Origin: Nageia nagi
Taxonomy: Eukaryota > Plantae > Pinophyta
DNA: 64,000 nt
Assembly: GCA_050084985.1 (NCBI GenBank)
Contig: JBITNC010000001.1
Span: forward strand, 37,014,001 to 37,078,000
Reading direction: 5' to 3'
Positions within the stretch are counted from its first letter, which is position 1, and each line of letters opens with the position of its first letter. This document shows, in pieces, positions 1 to 13,654 of the stretch. Under the pieces are notes generated by a model. That model searched no databases and had not been told where the DNA came from. It was given only the letters and a program-made list of their open reading frames with translations. Position numbers and translations under genes: made by a program.

Positions 1-145
1 TTCTAAATCAAATATGTAAACTACCCCAATGGTAATGCTAATATTAGTACTAAACCTAATTGATTTTCTTTTTTGATTCCATAATTTGATATTATGCTTC
101 TAACTAAAATCTAAAAGGAGGAAAAACAAAGTTCCTCACCCAGTA

Positions 146-398
146 TGTAAGAGCTGAAAGAATATGACAAGAGCATAGAAGATTACTTATAAATAATAAA
201 ATGATGTATTAATTATACATAAGGTACACCTTGCTTAAATAGTAAGTGAAATGAATAATATCCACATGATCAAAATAATGTTGACCATCATATTAAAATA
301 GCTCAATAAAGATGACAACTAAGCACACCTACTAGTGAACTAAAGATAATGTCAACATAGTTACCTAACTAGGTAATAAATAAAATAATACTCTAACA
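146..398 (-). repeat. Putative 3' LTR of the copia-like remnant (left end 146 or 155)
   Basis: Ends ...CTCTAACA at 398 next to the PPT; candidate TG termini at 146 (TGTAAG) or 155 (TGAAAG). Confidence 0.45.
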
Positions 399-1062
399 CC
401 TCCCTTAAGTGATACTAGGTAGGAGTGTAGATAGCTAAGAAAATATGAGTCCTAATAACTAGGCTTGATAAGGTACTCATGTACAATGTGGCTAACACAT
501 AAACATGAAAAAAACTCTCTTTTATAGATGATGAAAAATCACATGGGAAAAAACCATCTTCCATAAGAGGAAACAAAAAGAAAGGAAGGTGTCCTCATCA
601 ACATCCCCCAAGGATAACTTCCATCACCTTAGCTAAGTAAGGTGATAAAAATATATCTATAGTGATGTGTCCTAGTGTACAATCACCAATAAGGGAGAAT
701 TTAAAAGGATCAATGTGATATGTAGATACCTCATCATCAAACTAAATGTCTCCCATGGGGAAGAAAGAAGCTAGGAGGAATGCATAGAAAATATTCCCAA
801 TCTAAGAAAGTATGAAAAGGAGGGAACATCATCAAATATGGTATTGGTGATGATGAAGGAAGCTATGAACCATGTCAAAGAGAAGATTTAACCAACAAAC
901 CATATAGTGATGGTGATGACACTAAAATCAAAGGATCACCATTTGATGAGTCAAAAGACTCAATATTCTATTGTAAAATAAAAGAAGTTATGGAAGTAGC
1001 AAGATAAAGAGGTAAATAAACCTCAATATAGTCTTCAAGATCTTTTAAAGAGATTCCATAAA

Positions 1063-1115
1063 TGAGCTTGTATTTGAGTGATCCAAAAGTGAGCTTGTAT
1101 TTGAGTGATCCAAAA
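1063..1115. repeat. 27-bp-period tandem duplication
   Basis: TGAGCTTGTATTTGAGTGATCCAAAA at 1063-1088 and 1090-1115. Confidence 0.9.
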
Positions 1116-3779
1116 ATCAAAATTGATCATCTAAGAAAAAGGTATCCATATCTACTAATATATGTCAAATTTGACCAACATAAGCTTAAAAAATCATGTC
1201 TATCTTCTTGATGAAATTTTGAGATGGAAAAAAGTAGTTCTAAATCTCAAAATGCCTTGATAGATCCAAGTTATTCTTCAAAGAGCAGGGTGATGCCTAC
1301 CAACAAATGGTGTCCCCCATAGACACATTCTAAAAGGAGTGAAATAGGATAAATATGCAGGCTGAGCGTGTAGGATCACCAAGATTGAGTTATGAGTGCC
1401 CATGAGATAAAATGCTAATGTGAGCTTTGATTAAGACTTGTACTCACTATGAAAAAGTGTTCATAACAAAATAAATACACTATGAAAGAGATCACACTAT
1501 GAGAGATTCTAAAACTACATATCACAATGATAAAAAAGTTGTGAGGATGGAGATCTCACAATTCCACAATGGTAGAGATGTGAATTGGAGAAAATATTAC
1601 TAAATGAAGGTCATGAGGAAACCTTACTCCCTATCAAAATATGAAACCTATAATCTCAAAGAGAAATCATAGAAAGTAATTTGCTAATAAAATCCTAGTG
1701 TTGAAATTCCATGAGACACCAACATAAGAAGATGATCCACCACATTGGACACACTACACAACAAAAAAGGCTATGGGTACCACTAGAATGCAAGCAAAGA
1801 CTCAATAATATCTTTATAAAACTTAACTTACTCAAGTACCATGAAAGGAGAGAGGAAAAATGAAGTTCCTCACCTAGGAAAAAGGCTATGGGTACCACTG
1901 GTTCTAGTGTTAATATTAAGTTACTAACATACCCCAACATGGGTGTTAGGATACCTACACATTCTGACCTTGAAATTTTTATCAACTATACCTTTGATTC
2001 ATATTACTATTTCTAAACCTAATTCATAGCAACCAAGACTAAATAAAAATAAAAAATTTGAAACCAAAATTAAATTTTTAATCCATACATGACCAAATTC
2101 TAAACTAATTCTCACAGTGAACCCAAATACTAAGCTGATATAGGGTGCAATTACTAGACACAAACTAATCTATACATGAAATATTTGATTGGCATGGAAA
2201 ATATAAGAATCTTGATGAGAGATATAAGATAATAAAAACTTGATGAAAGAAGAAGAATTGATGAAATGATAAGGATAAAAATATTCCAAAAATAAAATAA
2301 TAAGTGATTGAAAATATGAAAATAAGAAGATAGAGGGATTGAAAAACTTGATAAAATTTACCATGGTAACCAAATGCATGTATGGGATTGACTTAAATGA
2401 TATGCAACCTATTCATTTAAATATTTATTTTCAAGAAAATATTGGTACTACTAACATGTATATAAACTTATGATATATTTTTTTTTATATTGAATTCCCA
2501 AAAAACTTTCATTCTTGATACTATTGTAGTTTGTTGACAACTTTTTAACAATCTGGTCATGAGTTTTTGACAATTTTGCTTATATCCTTCAAACAAATCC
2601 AAATTACATGAAACCATGAAAAAAAAAGGATTAAAAAATTATTAAAAAATTTGAAAAATTATGTACCTTCATATCTAATATGCTGATTTTTTCTTTTTAT
2701 AATTTTGACCTTTTTGGTTCATGATAAGCCCATTCTTGCAAAATCTGTTATTGTCACAAAACTACCAACATATAAGAAGCATAAATTTTGTTAAACATAT
2801 CAGATTAACCTAATTATTTTTGCATAAAAAATAACAAATAACATATTTTTTATTAAATATAAGGATTAATTACATTATAAAAAAATGACTAATTTAGGGG
2901 TGAAAAAAACCTATTTCACACTTTCTAGACTTGAAAGCTTCAAATGACCATAACTTTTGATATATAAAGAATTTTAAAGTTATTATTTTATTTTGAATTT
3001 GTATAATTTTTTGAGATATATCCAAATATAAAATTATATATTCCTATTCTAATTAATTATCTCAGTGTACATGTTGACCTTTTTGAAGAAACACATACCC
3101 AAATTTATTCCATAGACCTACCATACCATTATGATCCTAACATGTCTATTCCCAAATTTTTCTAATATAAAATATTTGATTTTTATAATTGATTTCAACC
3201 TAAAATCCTTTGATAAGTTTTGACATACTTGTAAAAACTTGAACAAACACATATGACTAGACCAAAATTTAGACAATATGACCAACAAGACATGTGCACA
3301 TAAAGACACAATAAAGTGATGGTTAATTTTGCCCCCAACCAAAAAAGGGGAAAGATCAGAAGATGAAACATGTAATGTAATATATATTATATGAAAATTC
3401 ATGCCTAGAGTATATTATGATTTATTCTTAATCTATATATAACACAATGAAAAAGTTTTATGTAACATTAGGTAACTTGTCAATTCTTGATGCATTACCT
3501 TACCAATATCAATTTCTAGTTTTTATCTAGATTTTTGATATATCTCATTGATGATGGATGGTTAATATTGCAATTTATACACCAAGGGAAATAATTCTTA
3601 TTTTACTTGAGCCATGTTTATTTGTGCTAGCAAATTTGTTAATGCATCATCATCTTCAACAAACTTATAAGTAGCATAAGTATCAACAGAAATGGCATCA
3701 CTAGTATTTTCAATATACTCATTATTTATATCAGTGGTATCATCACATTCATTTACAATGAAAATTTTATTATTAAAAT

Positions 3780-3915
3780 AAGGAATTTCTTCACTTTCTA
3801 AGATTTTATACAATTTTCTCTTCATGCTAATACATCCATCAGTTAAATGACCTTTGACTTTGTGATATAAGAAAACTTATCCTCATTATACCAACTAGGT
3901 TTCTTTTTGGTTTCA
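3780..3915 (-). pseudogene. gag: Gag nucleocapsid-like fragment of element A
   Basis: With one frameshift reads KKPSWYNEDKF-x-YHKVKGHLTDGCISMKRKLYKIL. The same motif appears in G (NPSWYRDNLFCKYYQMKGY, ~47540) and C (WYKEND*CAFHREIG, ~24451). Confidence 0.65.
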
Positions 3916-4464
3916 TCATATGCTTTTTCCTTTTTGTATTTTATAAAACCTTTTTCTAAGAAAGATTTAAATATTTCTGTATGATCCATTGGTAAATTAT
4001 AAAAAAGATTCATATTTTATATTTTTCTCACTCATAGAAACATCAATGTTAAAATAAGAAGTGCAATATTTTTCTTCATAATGTGAGTGCAAACACTGAG
4101 ATGGGTGTGAATGCTTAGGATAGTGTAAATATTGGTATTTATTATTCATGATAGGGTCATCTAAATTATATTTTGTAGCAAAAAAAGTAGCATTAGTAAT
4201 AAGCATCACATCATCATAACTAGTATCAATCATAGAATCTTGACTATTATTATATATGAAGGATATAATATTACCAATGTGACATAACATTTTCCATAAT
4301 TCAATAATAGAGCATTGATTGACCATTATGTGTGAAATATTAATTTTAAAAATCACCAATATGTCCCAATAATAATTATATATATATAGGAAAACAATTT
4401 AATGCAAAAACTCATTAAATTGATTAAAACAAATTTTAAAATTAAGGGTTTTATGCAAAAGTGA

Positions 4465-7400
4465 TGTCACAGCCCAAACCCACACTAGATTTCCCTTGGT
4501 GTGTTTTATTTTGGTTTAAGTGTTAATTGAGACATTGAATATATGTTATTTGGATAAAATTCTTACTATGATTTTATTGGTTTAAAGTTATGAAATCCTA
4601 GATAAGCATAATGATTACTTATCCTACCTATATGTACATGTTACTGCTACAAGTGGTTTTGTGATATGTAGGTGACATATAATGGAAGGTGGGATGCTCT
4701 TAAATGGTTTGGAAATGAATGATAACCAATGATTCTCATGATGAAAATAATATCAAGACACTAGGATAGCTGGGTAAGTGGTTGCATACAAACATAGCAG
4801 CATGGGGCTAGATAAGCTCCCTAGGATCGTTAATGTGTGTTTATGATTACCTAATTATGTTCTTCAATTTGAGTTTAAAATATTATTTCATGCCTTAAAT
4901 GATTACCAAGGATGTTATTATAATTATCTAAGGACCCCTAATAATTAATATTAGTGGGTAAAGTAATTAAGGGAACTAACTAGGAAGGAAAAAGGTAAAG
5001 CTTAATTATTTAAATATATGTAATTAAGTATTTTATGAGAATGTGTATGTATTACTTCTTATTATTAATTAAGGTTAAATAATAATTAATAATGGTAACC
5101 CTAACATTAAATATTATTTATTTATTTAGCTTAAAATAAATAAATTAAGCTAGATGAGTTTTGATTTATTGATTTACAAGGCTAGAGTTAACTAAGCCTT
5201 TAAGATATTATTTATAATTAAATAATACTTGATTGCATGAGGTGTCTCAATTATAGTTGTTGTATCCTAGTTGTAGGTTAGGTGTGTCAATTATAAGTTG
5301 AGGTGTATTAGTTTTAAGTTGAGGTGTTCTAGTGAAACTCATTATATATATATATATATAATGGATAGATATTTCCACCTAATAATTAACTCCCACTCAC
5401 TTGAGTTTAAGTGCTATTGTCACTCATTGTTATTTTCTAATCCTATCCCTAGTTGAAAACTATAAATAGAACCCTAGGGTGGAGCTTTTGGTCATTCTTA
5501 TTTTTGTGTTTTTCTAGAGGAGCAAAGTTATATAATTTTGGATCCAAGTCCTTTGACAATTGAAGGATTTAGTGAGGTTTGCCTCTTTTGTTTATTTGCT
5601 TCACTATATTTTTACAAAATCTTATTATTTTAGGCATTTGATAAAATAATAGTATTTAATTTTATTTCTAATTTATGATTGGCTAAGGATTTAGTTTATT
5701 TCCATGAATGCTCCCTTTAAAAGTCTAGTGGTTTTGCAATCCATGTATAGTTTTGGTATGAGATTTTATGATTTTACAATAAGCTTTTAAGGTTCAAAGG
5801 CTTATTATACCTTTGTTTTGGGTATATAAATATTTAGAGATAATAAATATGTTAGTAAAATACTAAAAACTCCTCATACACCTTATCTTTTGTAAATTTT
5901 CTCATTGGTTTTAAACCTACCATCAAACTTATGAGAAGAATATTCCCCTAAGTAAAAGGTTTATGTTTAAATCTTAAACTTCTTGCAATTTTATGTTATC
6001 CTTTTTCCTTTTAAAAAAAATAGTTAAAGGAGGGATTTATTAAGTTTGTTGGCTTGGAAAATCCTTTACAGTTGTACATGGGGTAAAGGGACCATAATGG
6101 CCAGCATAGGAGGAGTAGGTGGGTTTGAATATGTTTAGTATTTGAGATGGGTCTTGGAACTCATGAGACCTTTGAATTTTGCCTTTTATTTTGTGCTTAT
6201 TCTGGCCTTGATTTACATGTAAAGCCTAGGTTATGGTAGGATAATGCAATTTTATTTGTTTAGAAAAATTTTAAATGCTTTCTTATTATTTGTTATTTAT
6301 TATTATGTTAATGCAATGATAGACTAAAGTGTTTTATTTCTAAATTGAGATAGGATTTATTTTGATTTGGAATTACATACCAACTTTATGGTTGATTTTT
6401 GAAGTGCAAAATGTGGTTTTATGAAAAAGGTATTTAATATATATTTACTTTATTTTAAATTATAGGAGTAATATTTTAAAATAGAGAATGTGGTATTATT
6501 TTTAAAATATTAATAGATATTTTAAATAGTGTGGTATCATTTTTAAAATAGGGTAGTAATTTTTAGAATGGAGTTCAAAATATTATTTTAGGATATTACT
6601 ATTGTATTCTAAAGTAGAGTTTAGTGTCTTATTTCAAAATATGGCAAACATTTTTAAATTATAGTTTTTGATTTATTTTAAAATGGGAATTAATGTTTTA
6701 AAATAAGGGTATTTTATTATTTTCAAAATGTGAGTTGATATTTTAGATTTGAGTTCTTAGAGTTATTGAAATGTTTTCTTAAAATGTCAAAGCATGTAGT
6801 TGCATTTTAGAGGAAACCTAAGACTATATTTGATCCAACCATTCTTAAGCTATCATCAAATCTAATGGATAAAAGCCTTGTTTATATTGCAAGAAAGGAG
6901 GTTGTTAAATGGTTACCATGGGATTTAAAATGTATTATACTTGCTATTTGATTTGTAGAAATAAATAGCAAGGCTATTATTGTAACAAGCTTGAAAAGAA
7001 TTATTAATTCCTTTTTTAGAATGATTGTAATATTGATATCTTTGGATTTAGGAAAGATTAGTCTTTGAAAAGCTTAGTGTTATTATTTAATTAAAGAGTG
7101 GGTTAGCAAATGAATTACCTTACTTGAATTTGATATTGCTTATACTTTATAACACTTACTTGGATTAAAAATCTCATATTATATGATAAAGCTTAGTATT
7201 ACTTGATACTTTATGAATAATGATGATGATTGGTTTGAAAATCTCATATTGTATGCAAAATATTATGTTTCTAGGACCTAATTACATTGTCTATAAGTAA
7301 TGTGTTTTTTTGGGAATGATTTATCCTTAGGTTTTGGTAGGTTTTCCTTGATGTTTAAACCTAAGTATAGACCTAACCTAAAGTTCTAAGTAAAGCATAA

Positions 7401-7866
7401 CTATTCATTATGAGATGTTGATTTATCTTCAAGTGAGTTAACCTAAGATAAATCAATAAATCCTTATGGTTGAATGGACCTTAGAGTATTAAATTACCTT
7501 GATATGATGATGGTGGGAAATATGAGAATGTATGTGGCACCATTAAGAAGTCACTATGTTCAATAGAACATGCAAAGGAAAACCATGTGAAGTTATTTAA
7601 CAAGTAGGTTAAATCATGGGAAATGGTATTAAGTCAGTGAAGAGTCTAGAATGATTAATGACTTAGCTTGGAATAATAATAGTAATACTATGATCAATAA
7701 TTCTTAGCATTCTCAAGTAGCTTCCAAACACATTCAAAATAGATTGCATTTAAGTTACTTGTTTTATTTACATAGAAGAGAAATAAATTTGTGCTCACCT
7801 CTCAAGTGTATGGGATGGATGTTATAGTTATGGTCCTATGTGTTTATGCTAAAATAGGGTCATATA
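4465..7866 (+). repeat. Chromovirus 5' LTR (~3.4 kb)
   Basis: Starts TGTCACAGCCCAAACCCAC, ends AGGGTCATATA; colinear with 10985-13654. Confidence 0.93.
5343..5360. repeat. (TA)n microsatellite in the 5' LTR
   Basis: Nine TA units; absent at the matching position of the 3' LTR (~11795-11830). Confidence 0.9.
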
Positions 7867-7868
7867 GT

Positions 7869-7881
7869 TAGTATTAGAGCC
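7869..7881 (+). promoter_or_regulatory. Primer binding site, tRNA-iMet type (decayed)
   Basis: TAGTATTAGAGCC versus consensus TGGTATCAGAGCC, 2 nt after the LTR end. Confidence 0.85.
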
Positions 7882-7938
7882 TAGGTTGTAGGCTTTCTTT
7901 TGTTATGCAAATAATCCTAAAAATATCCTTGTTATCTT

Positions 7939-8540
7939 ATGCTTAGGAAGATGCCACCTCAAAGACATCATGATGATGTCAAAAAGACCAATAATGCATG
8001 TAGTGCATCTAGTATACTAGGAAATAACCTTAATGATATTTACGCAATAGTAAATCCTAAATTAGAAAATATTATCCAAAACTTGCAAGATAAATCAACC
8101 CAACAAGAAGAATGGATTTAAATATAAGATGCAAAAATAAAAGTCCTAAAGAATAGAGACATACAATGTTAGATTCAAGAGGAATCCTAAAACTACTGCT
8201 TAAGATGTAAGAAAGCTTGAGAAATGAAATCCCCCCAAAAATGATTAGTAGATTAAGATATAAAAGAAAGGACCTCTAAGAAATTAGAAATCTAGTAAAC
8301 CTCATAATGGGTTTAAAAAAAAAGGAAATTTTCAAAAGAATGATAATGATAGTAATTATGATCAGTAGCATTAGCAACAACAACCATAGTAGGGCAACTA
8401 TATGCCAAAAGATCAAAGTCAATGTAAGGCACCTAGAAATGGATGTTATAACTATGGTGGAACTCAATTTGCCAACAAATGTCCAAACTAATTCAATTCT
8501 AAAAATGGAGAAACAACTCATAGGATATATGTTGCAATAG
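7939..8540 (+). pseudogene. gag: Truncated chromovirus gag
   Basis: Contains MPPQR near the start and a decayed CCHC knuckle GCYNYGGTQFANKCP at 8441-8485. The capsid region is largely missing. Confidence 0.65.
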
Positions 8541-8580
8541 GAAAAGGAGCTTTAGAGACTCAAGCAACACCATTAATGAT

Positions 8581-8870
8581 ATGGGTAAGATTTTTTGTTC
8601 AAAAGTTGACACACTTATTGATAGTGGTGCTACATATATATTTATTTATACTCATATTTTAGATAAACTATCAAAAAATATAAGGATATTAAATGAAGTA
8701 TGGAAGGTCAAGTTCAAGTTAGGACAAACCTATAAAGTATCCAAGTATTATCCAAACATAGAAGTAACCTTTCCTATGGGAAGTATTCAAGTAACCTTAT
8801 TCATTACTCCTCTTTAATATTTCAAAATCATTTTGGGTATGGATTGGTTGAGAAACCATGAAGCTTTATT
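8581..8870 (+). pseudogene. pol: Aspartic protease remnant
   Basis: TLIDSGATYIFI, followed after a stop by IILGMDWL (~8827-8850). Confidence 0.9.
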
Positions 8871-9099
8871 TAAAATTGAGGAAAGATGGGTAGATTTTAG
8901 GGATGAAAAAGGGATTTGTCAAAAACTCTTTTGTCAAAGGAAACCCTTTAAACCCCAACTCTTATCAGCTTTGCAATTATCAAAGGTCATTTGAAAAAGG
9001 AGTATAATTTTTGGTATGAAAATAAAGGATCTAGAGGAAGATTCATTAAAGGAAGAAATACTTAGAGAGAATCCAATTCTATGAGGATAAAAAGACATT

Positions 9100-9645
9100 T
9101 TACAAAAGGAACTTCTAGGTATGCCTCCAAAAAGATAGTTTGATTTCTCTATTGACTTGGTTCCAAGAGTGGAGCCTATATTTAGAACACCTTATAGGAT
9201 GACTACTATTGAAATGCAGGTGCTAAAAGTTAAGTTAAATGAGTTATTGGAAAAATGTCTTATCCAACCTAGCACATCACCATGGGGAGCACAAATCATA
9301 TTTGTTAAGAAAAAAGATGGATCATTGAGACATTACATAGATTATAGAATGCTAAATAAGGTAAATATCAAAAACCATTACCCTTTACCAAGGATAGATT
9401 ATCTTTTTGATCAACTTAAAGGAATATACATGACTCATGATTTGGAGTTAACTATAGTTTTTCATGCCTTAAACATTTGGAGACATTATTTGTTAGGGAA
9501 AACTTTTAAACTTAGATCTGATCACCAAAATCTTAGATATATTTTCACTTAGCTAGATTTAAATGCCAAATAAAGAAGATGGATGGAACTCCTTTCTAAG
9601 TATTACTTTTGTATTAAGTATATCAGAGGGAAGAAAAATAAAGAA
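9100..9645 (+). pseudogene. pol: RT N-terminus fused to RNase H C-terminus (RT core deleted)
   Basis: ORF 9157-9552: [41 protein letters not shown] is joined directly to [25 protein letters not shown]. Confidence 0.92.
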
Positions 9646-10732
9646 TAATATGAGAAATATTATTATTTGGGAATCACACCACACCTCTTACTCTGCCCAT
9701 CTTAGAGGGGAGAAAATGAGAGAAAACATGCAAAAGAAATTTTTTTGGATAGGAATGAAGGGATACATATTTGGCTATCTCTAAGTGTCTAGAATGTTAG
9801 AAAGTGAAGGTAGAACATAAGCATACAAAAAGAAAACTCTATTTGCATAATATTCCTACATAGAAATGGCAAAAAATATCTATGGATTTTATTTTAGATT
9901 ACCAAAAACTAGGTTTAAACATTATGCTATCCTAGTTGTTATTGATAAATCAACCAAAGTGGCTCACTTCATACCTAGAAATATAACAAATGATGCTCCA
10001 ATAGTTGATAGCAAGTTTGCAAAGGAGATCATTTGATTACATGGATTTCCTAAAGATATAGTTTCTGATAGAGACTCAAGGTTTACTTTTGAGTTTTGGA
10101 AGAGTTTGCATAAAGTTTTGGTCACTAAGTTAAACATTAGATCAAATTATCACCCAAAAATAAATGGACAAACTAAGTAGGTGAACAAAGTCTTGGAGGA
10201 TATGCTTAGGATGTATTATATTAATCACCCTACAAAATGGGAAGATTACTTGCACTTAGTTGAGTTTGCCTATAATAATGGTTATCACTCATATTTGGGA
10301 ATGGCACCTTTTGAATCCTTATATGGGCAAAAATGTAGGACTCCTCTCTCTTGGGATAATCTCAAATATTAGGTTATAGTTGGAAATGATATGATAAGGA
10401 AGATGAAGGAGCAACTTAAGGGAATTAGACAAAGCTTAAAGGAAGATATAGATTGATAAAAAAGATATGCTAATATAAAAATGACACCAAGGGAATTCTC
10501 CATTGGTGATAAAGTATTTCTTAGGGTTAAACCTAAAAAAAGTACCATCAAGTATTCCAAGTTAGCACCAAGATATGTCGGTCATTTCTCTATCTTAGAT
10601 AAGATTAGTCCAATCACCTATAGGATCAAACTTTTGCCTAACCTATCTAAGATCCATGACTCCTTCCATGTTTCCATATTAAAAAAGTATGTTCATGATT
10701 CATTGCATGTTTGGGATGTATCTACTTTATAG
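9645..10732 (+). pseudogene. pol: Integrase remnant
   Basis: ESHHTSYSAH zinc finger, [37 protein letters not shown], and KLAPRYVG (GPY/F region). Confidence 0.92.
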
Positions 10733-10915
10733 ATGGAGGACCTATTGGCTATGGAGGGTCATTTAGTTTAGGTTCACGAACTACATACTAACAAGCTTCA
10801 AAATTGCATGGTGGACCAATGTTGTGTCTAGTGGAAAAAATATTCAAAAAATAATTTCACATGGGAAGATGTGGAAAGCATGAAAAAACTATTTCCTTTT
10901 TTGTTTGAAAAGTAA
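10733..10915 (+). pseudogene. pol: Chromodomain remnant
   Basis: CV*WKKYSKNNFTWEDVESMKKLFPFLF matches the plant chromovirus motif VxW..Y....TWE...M...FP.LF. Confidence 0.75.
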
Positions 10916-10971
10916 ACTTAAACTATGAGAATATGATACTTCTAAATAAACACAACAGATTGTGTTAATCT

Positions 10972-10984
10972 AAGTGGAGGAGGA
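10972..10984 (+). promoter_or_regulatory. Polypurine tract
   Basis: AAGTGGAGGAGGA immediately before TGTCAT. Confidence 0.85.
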
Positions 10985-13654
10985 TGTCATAGACCAAACC
11001 CACTCTAGATTTCCCTTAGTGTATTTTATTTTGGTTTAAGTACAAATTGATACATTGACTATATGTTATTTGAATAAAATACTTGCTACACTTTTATTTG
11101 TTTAAAGTTATGAAATCCTAGATAAGGATAATGATTACTTATCCTACCTATACATACATGTTACTACTATAAGAGGTTTTGTGATATGCAAGTGATAGGT
11201 AATGGAAGTAGATATTCTCTTGAATGGTTTGGAAATGAATGATTACCAATGATCAAAATAAGATCAATACACTAGGATAGCTAGGTAAGCAGTTGCATAC
11301 ATGCATGGTAGCATGGGAAAGATTAGCTCCCTATGATTATAAATGTGCATTTATGATTGCCTAGTTGTGTTCTTCAATTTGAGTTGAAAATATTAGTGGG
11401 TAAAGGTAGTTAAGGGAACTAACTAGGCAGGAAAAAGGTAAAGTTTAATTATTTAAATATATGTAATCAACTATTTTATGAGAATGTGTATGTATTACTT
11501 CTTAATTATTAATTAAGGTTAATTAATAATTAAGAATGGAAATCCCTAACATTAAATATTATTTATTTATTTAGCTTAAAATAATAAATTAAGCTAGATG
11601 AGTTTTGACTTGTTGATTTACAAAGGCTAGATTTAACTAAGCCTTTGAGATATTATTTATAATTAAATAATATTTAAATATACTTGATTGCATGAGGTGT
11701 CTCAATTATAGCTATTTTGTCCTAGTTTCAAGTTAGATGTGCTAGTTATAAGTTGAGGTGTGCTAGTTTTAAGTTGAGTTGTTCCAACGGAGCTCAATCC
11801 ACTAAGCTTTTAATTCATGACTAAGTAAGTAGATATTTCCACCTAGGAATTAACTCCCACTCACTTGAGTTTAAGTGGTTTCATCATTCCCTATTATTTT
11901 CTAAGCCTATCTCTAGTTGAAAACTATAAATAAAACCCTAGGGTGGAGCTTTTTATCATTCTTGTATTTGCATTTTATTAGAGGACCTAAGTTCTACAAT
12001 TTTGGAGCCAAGTCCTTTGGTGATTGCGAGATTTAGTGAAGTTTGCCTCTTGTGTTTATTTGCTTCTCTATATTTTTTGTGAAAGCTTATTATTTTAGGT
12101 ATTTGATAAAATAATAGTATTTGGTTTTATTTCTAAATTATCATTGGTTGAGGATTTAGTTTATTTCCATGAATGCTCCCTTTAAAAGTCTAGTGGTCTT
12201 GAAATCCATGTATACTTTTGGTATGAGGTTTTATGATTTTACAATAGGATATTGAGGTTAAAATCCTTATTAGTACCTTTGGGTTGGTTACATAAATATT
12301 TTAAATAATTTGGTAAAATTTTAAAATAGGATAGTAATTTTTAAAATGGACTTGAAATTATTATTTTAGGATATTACTATGGTATTCTAAAATAGAGCTT
12401 AGTGTCTTATTTTGCAATATGGTAGACATTTTTAAATTCTAGTTGTTGATTTATTTTAAAATGAGAATTATGTTTTAAAATAAAGGTGTTTGATTATTTT
12501 TGGAATGTGAGTTGACATTTTAGATATGAATTCTTAGAGTTGTTGAAATGTTTCCTTAAAATGGAAAAGAATGTAGTCGCATTTTAGAAGAAACCTAAGA
12601 CAAGGTCTGATCCAACCATTCATGAGCTACCATCAAATCTAAAGGAGCAAATCCTTGTTTGTATTATGATAAAGGAAGTTATTAAATGGTTACAATGGGT
12701 TTTAAGTGTATTATACTTGTAATTTGATTTGTAGAAATAAATAGTAAGGCTATTGTTGTAACAAGCTTGAAAAGAATTATTACTTCCTTTTTTGGAATGA
12801 TTGTAATATTGATATATTTTGATTTGAGAAATATTAGTCTTTGAAAATTTAAGTATTATTATTTTATTAAAGAGCATTTTATCAAATGAATTACCTTACT
12901 TGAATGTGATATTTGTTGTGTACTTTATAATGCTTACTTGGATTGAAAAGTTCATATTATATGATGAAGCTTGGCATTACTTGATACTTTATGGATAATG
13001 ATGATGATTGGTTTGAAAATATCATATTGTATACAAAACATTATGTTTATAGGACCTAATTTCCTTATCTATAAGTAATGTCTTTTTTTTGGTAATGGTT
13101 CATCCTTAGGTTTTGGTAGATTTTCCTTGATGTTTAAACCAAAGTATAGACCTAGCCTAAAGTTCTAAGTAAATCATAACTATTCATTATGGAATGTTGA
13201 TTTATCTTTAAGTGAGTTAGGCTAAGATAAATAAGATAAATTGAGAAATCCTAATGGTTGAATGGACCTCAAAGTATTAAATTACCTTGATATGATGATG
13301 GTGGGAAATACAAGAATGTATGTGGTACCATTAGGAAGTCCCTATGTTCAATAGAATATGCAAAGGCAAACCATGTGAAGTTATTTAATAGGTATGTTAA
13401 ATAATGGGAAATGGCATTAAGTCAGTGAAGAGTCTAGAATCATGAATGACTTAGCTTAAAACAATAACAGTAATATTATGAATAATACTTCATAACATTC
13501 TTGAGTAGTTTCCAAACACATTTACAATAGATTGCATTTAAGTTACTTATTTTATTTACTTAGAAGAGAAAACATTTGTGCTCACCTCTCGAGTGTATGT
13601 GATGGGTGTTATACTAATGGTCCTATGTGCTTATGTTTAAATAGGGTCATTACA
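10985..13654 (+). repeat. Chromovirus 3' LTR (~2.67 kb)
   Basis: TGTCATAGACCAAACCCAC...AGGGTCATTACA; lacks ~690 bp present in the 5' LTR. Confidence 0.93.

Larger units (their letters stand above)
146..1899 (-). mobile_element. Degenerate, probably non-autonomous copia-like LTR element remnant
   Basis: On the minus strand a PPT (TTAAGGGAGG, 399-408) directly abuts TGTTAGAG at 398. Met-type PBS-like TGGTACCCATAGCC occurs twice (~1769-1782, ~1884-1897). No recognisable coding domain and no second LTR found. Confidence 0.4.
4465..13654 (+). mobile_element. Ty3/gypsy chromovirus (Tekay/Del-like), internally deleted, intact boundaries
   Basis: TG start at 4465, CA end at 13654, identical 5-bp TSD AGTGA (4460-4464 / 13655-13659). 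Paired LTRs, PBS, PPT and remnants of gag, PR, RT, RH, INT and chromodomain. Confidence 0.95.

Noticed and set aside
1900-3400. Possible DNA transposon or 3' end of element A
   Set aside because: No terminal inverted repeats, TSD, transposase motif or A-type LTR could be identified.
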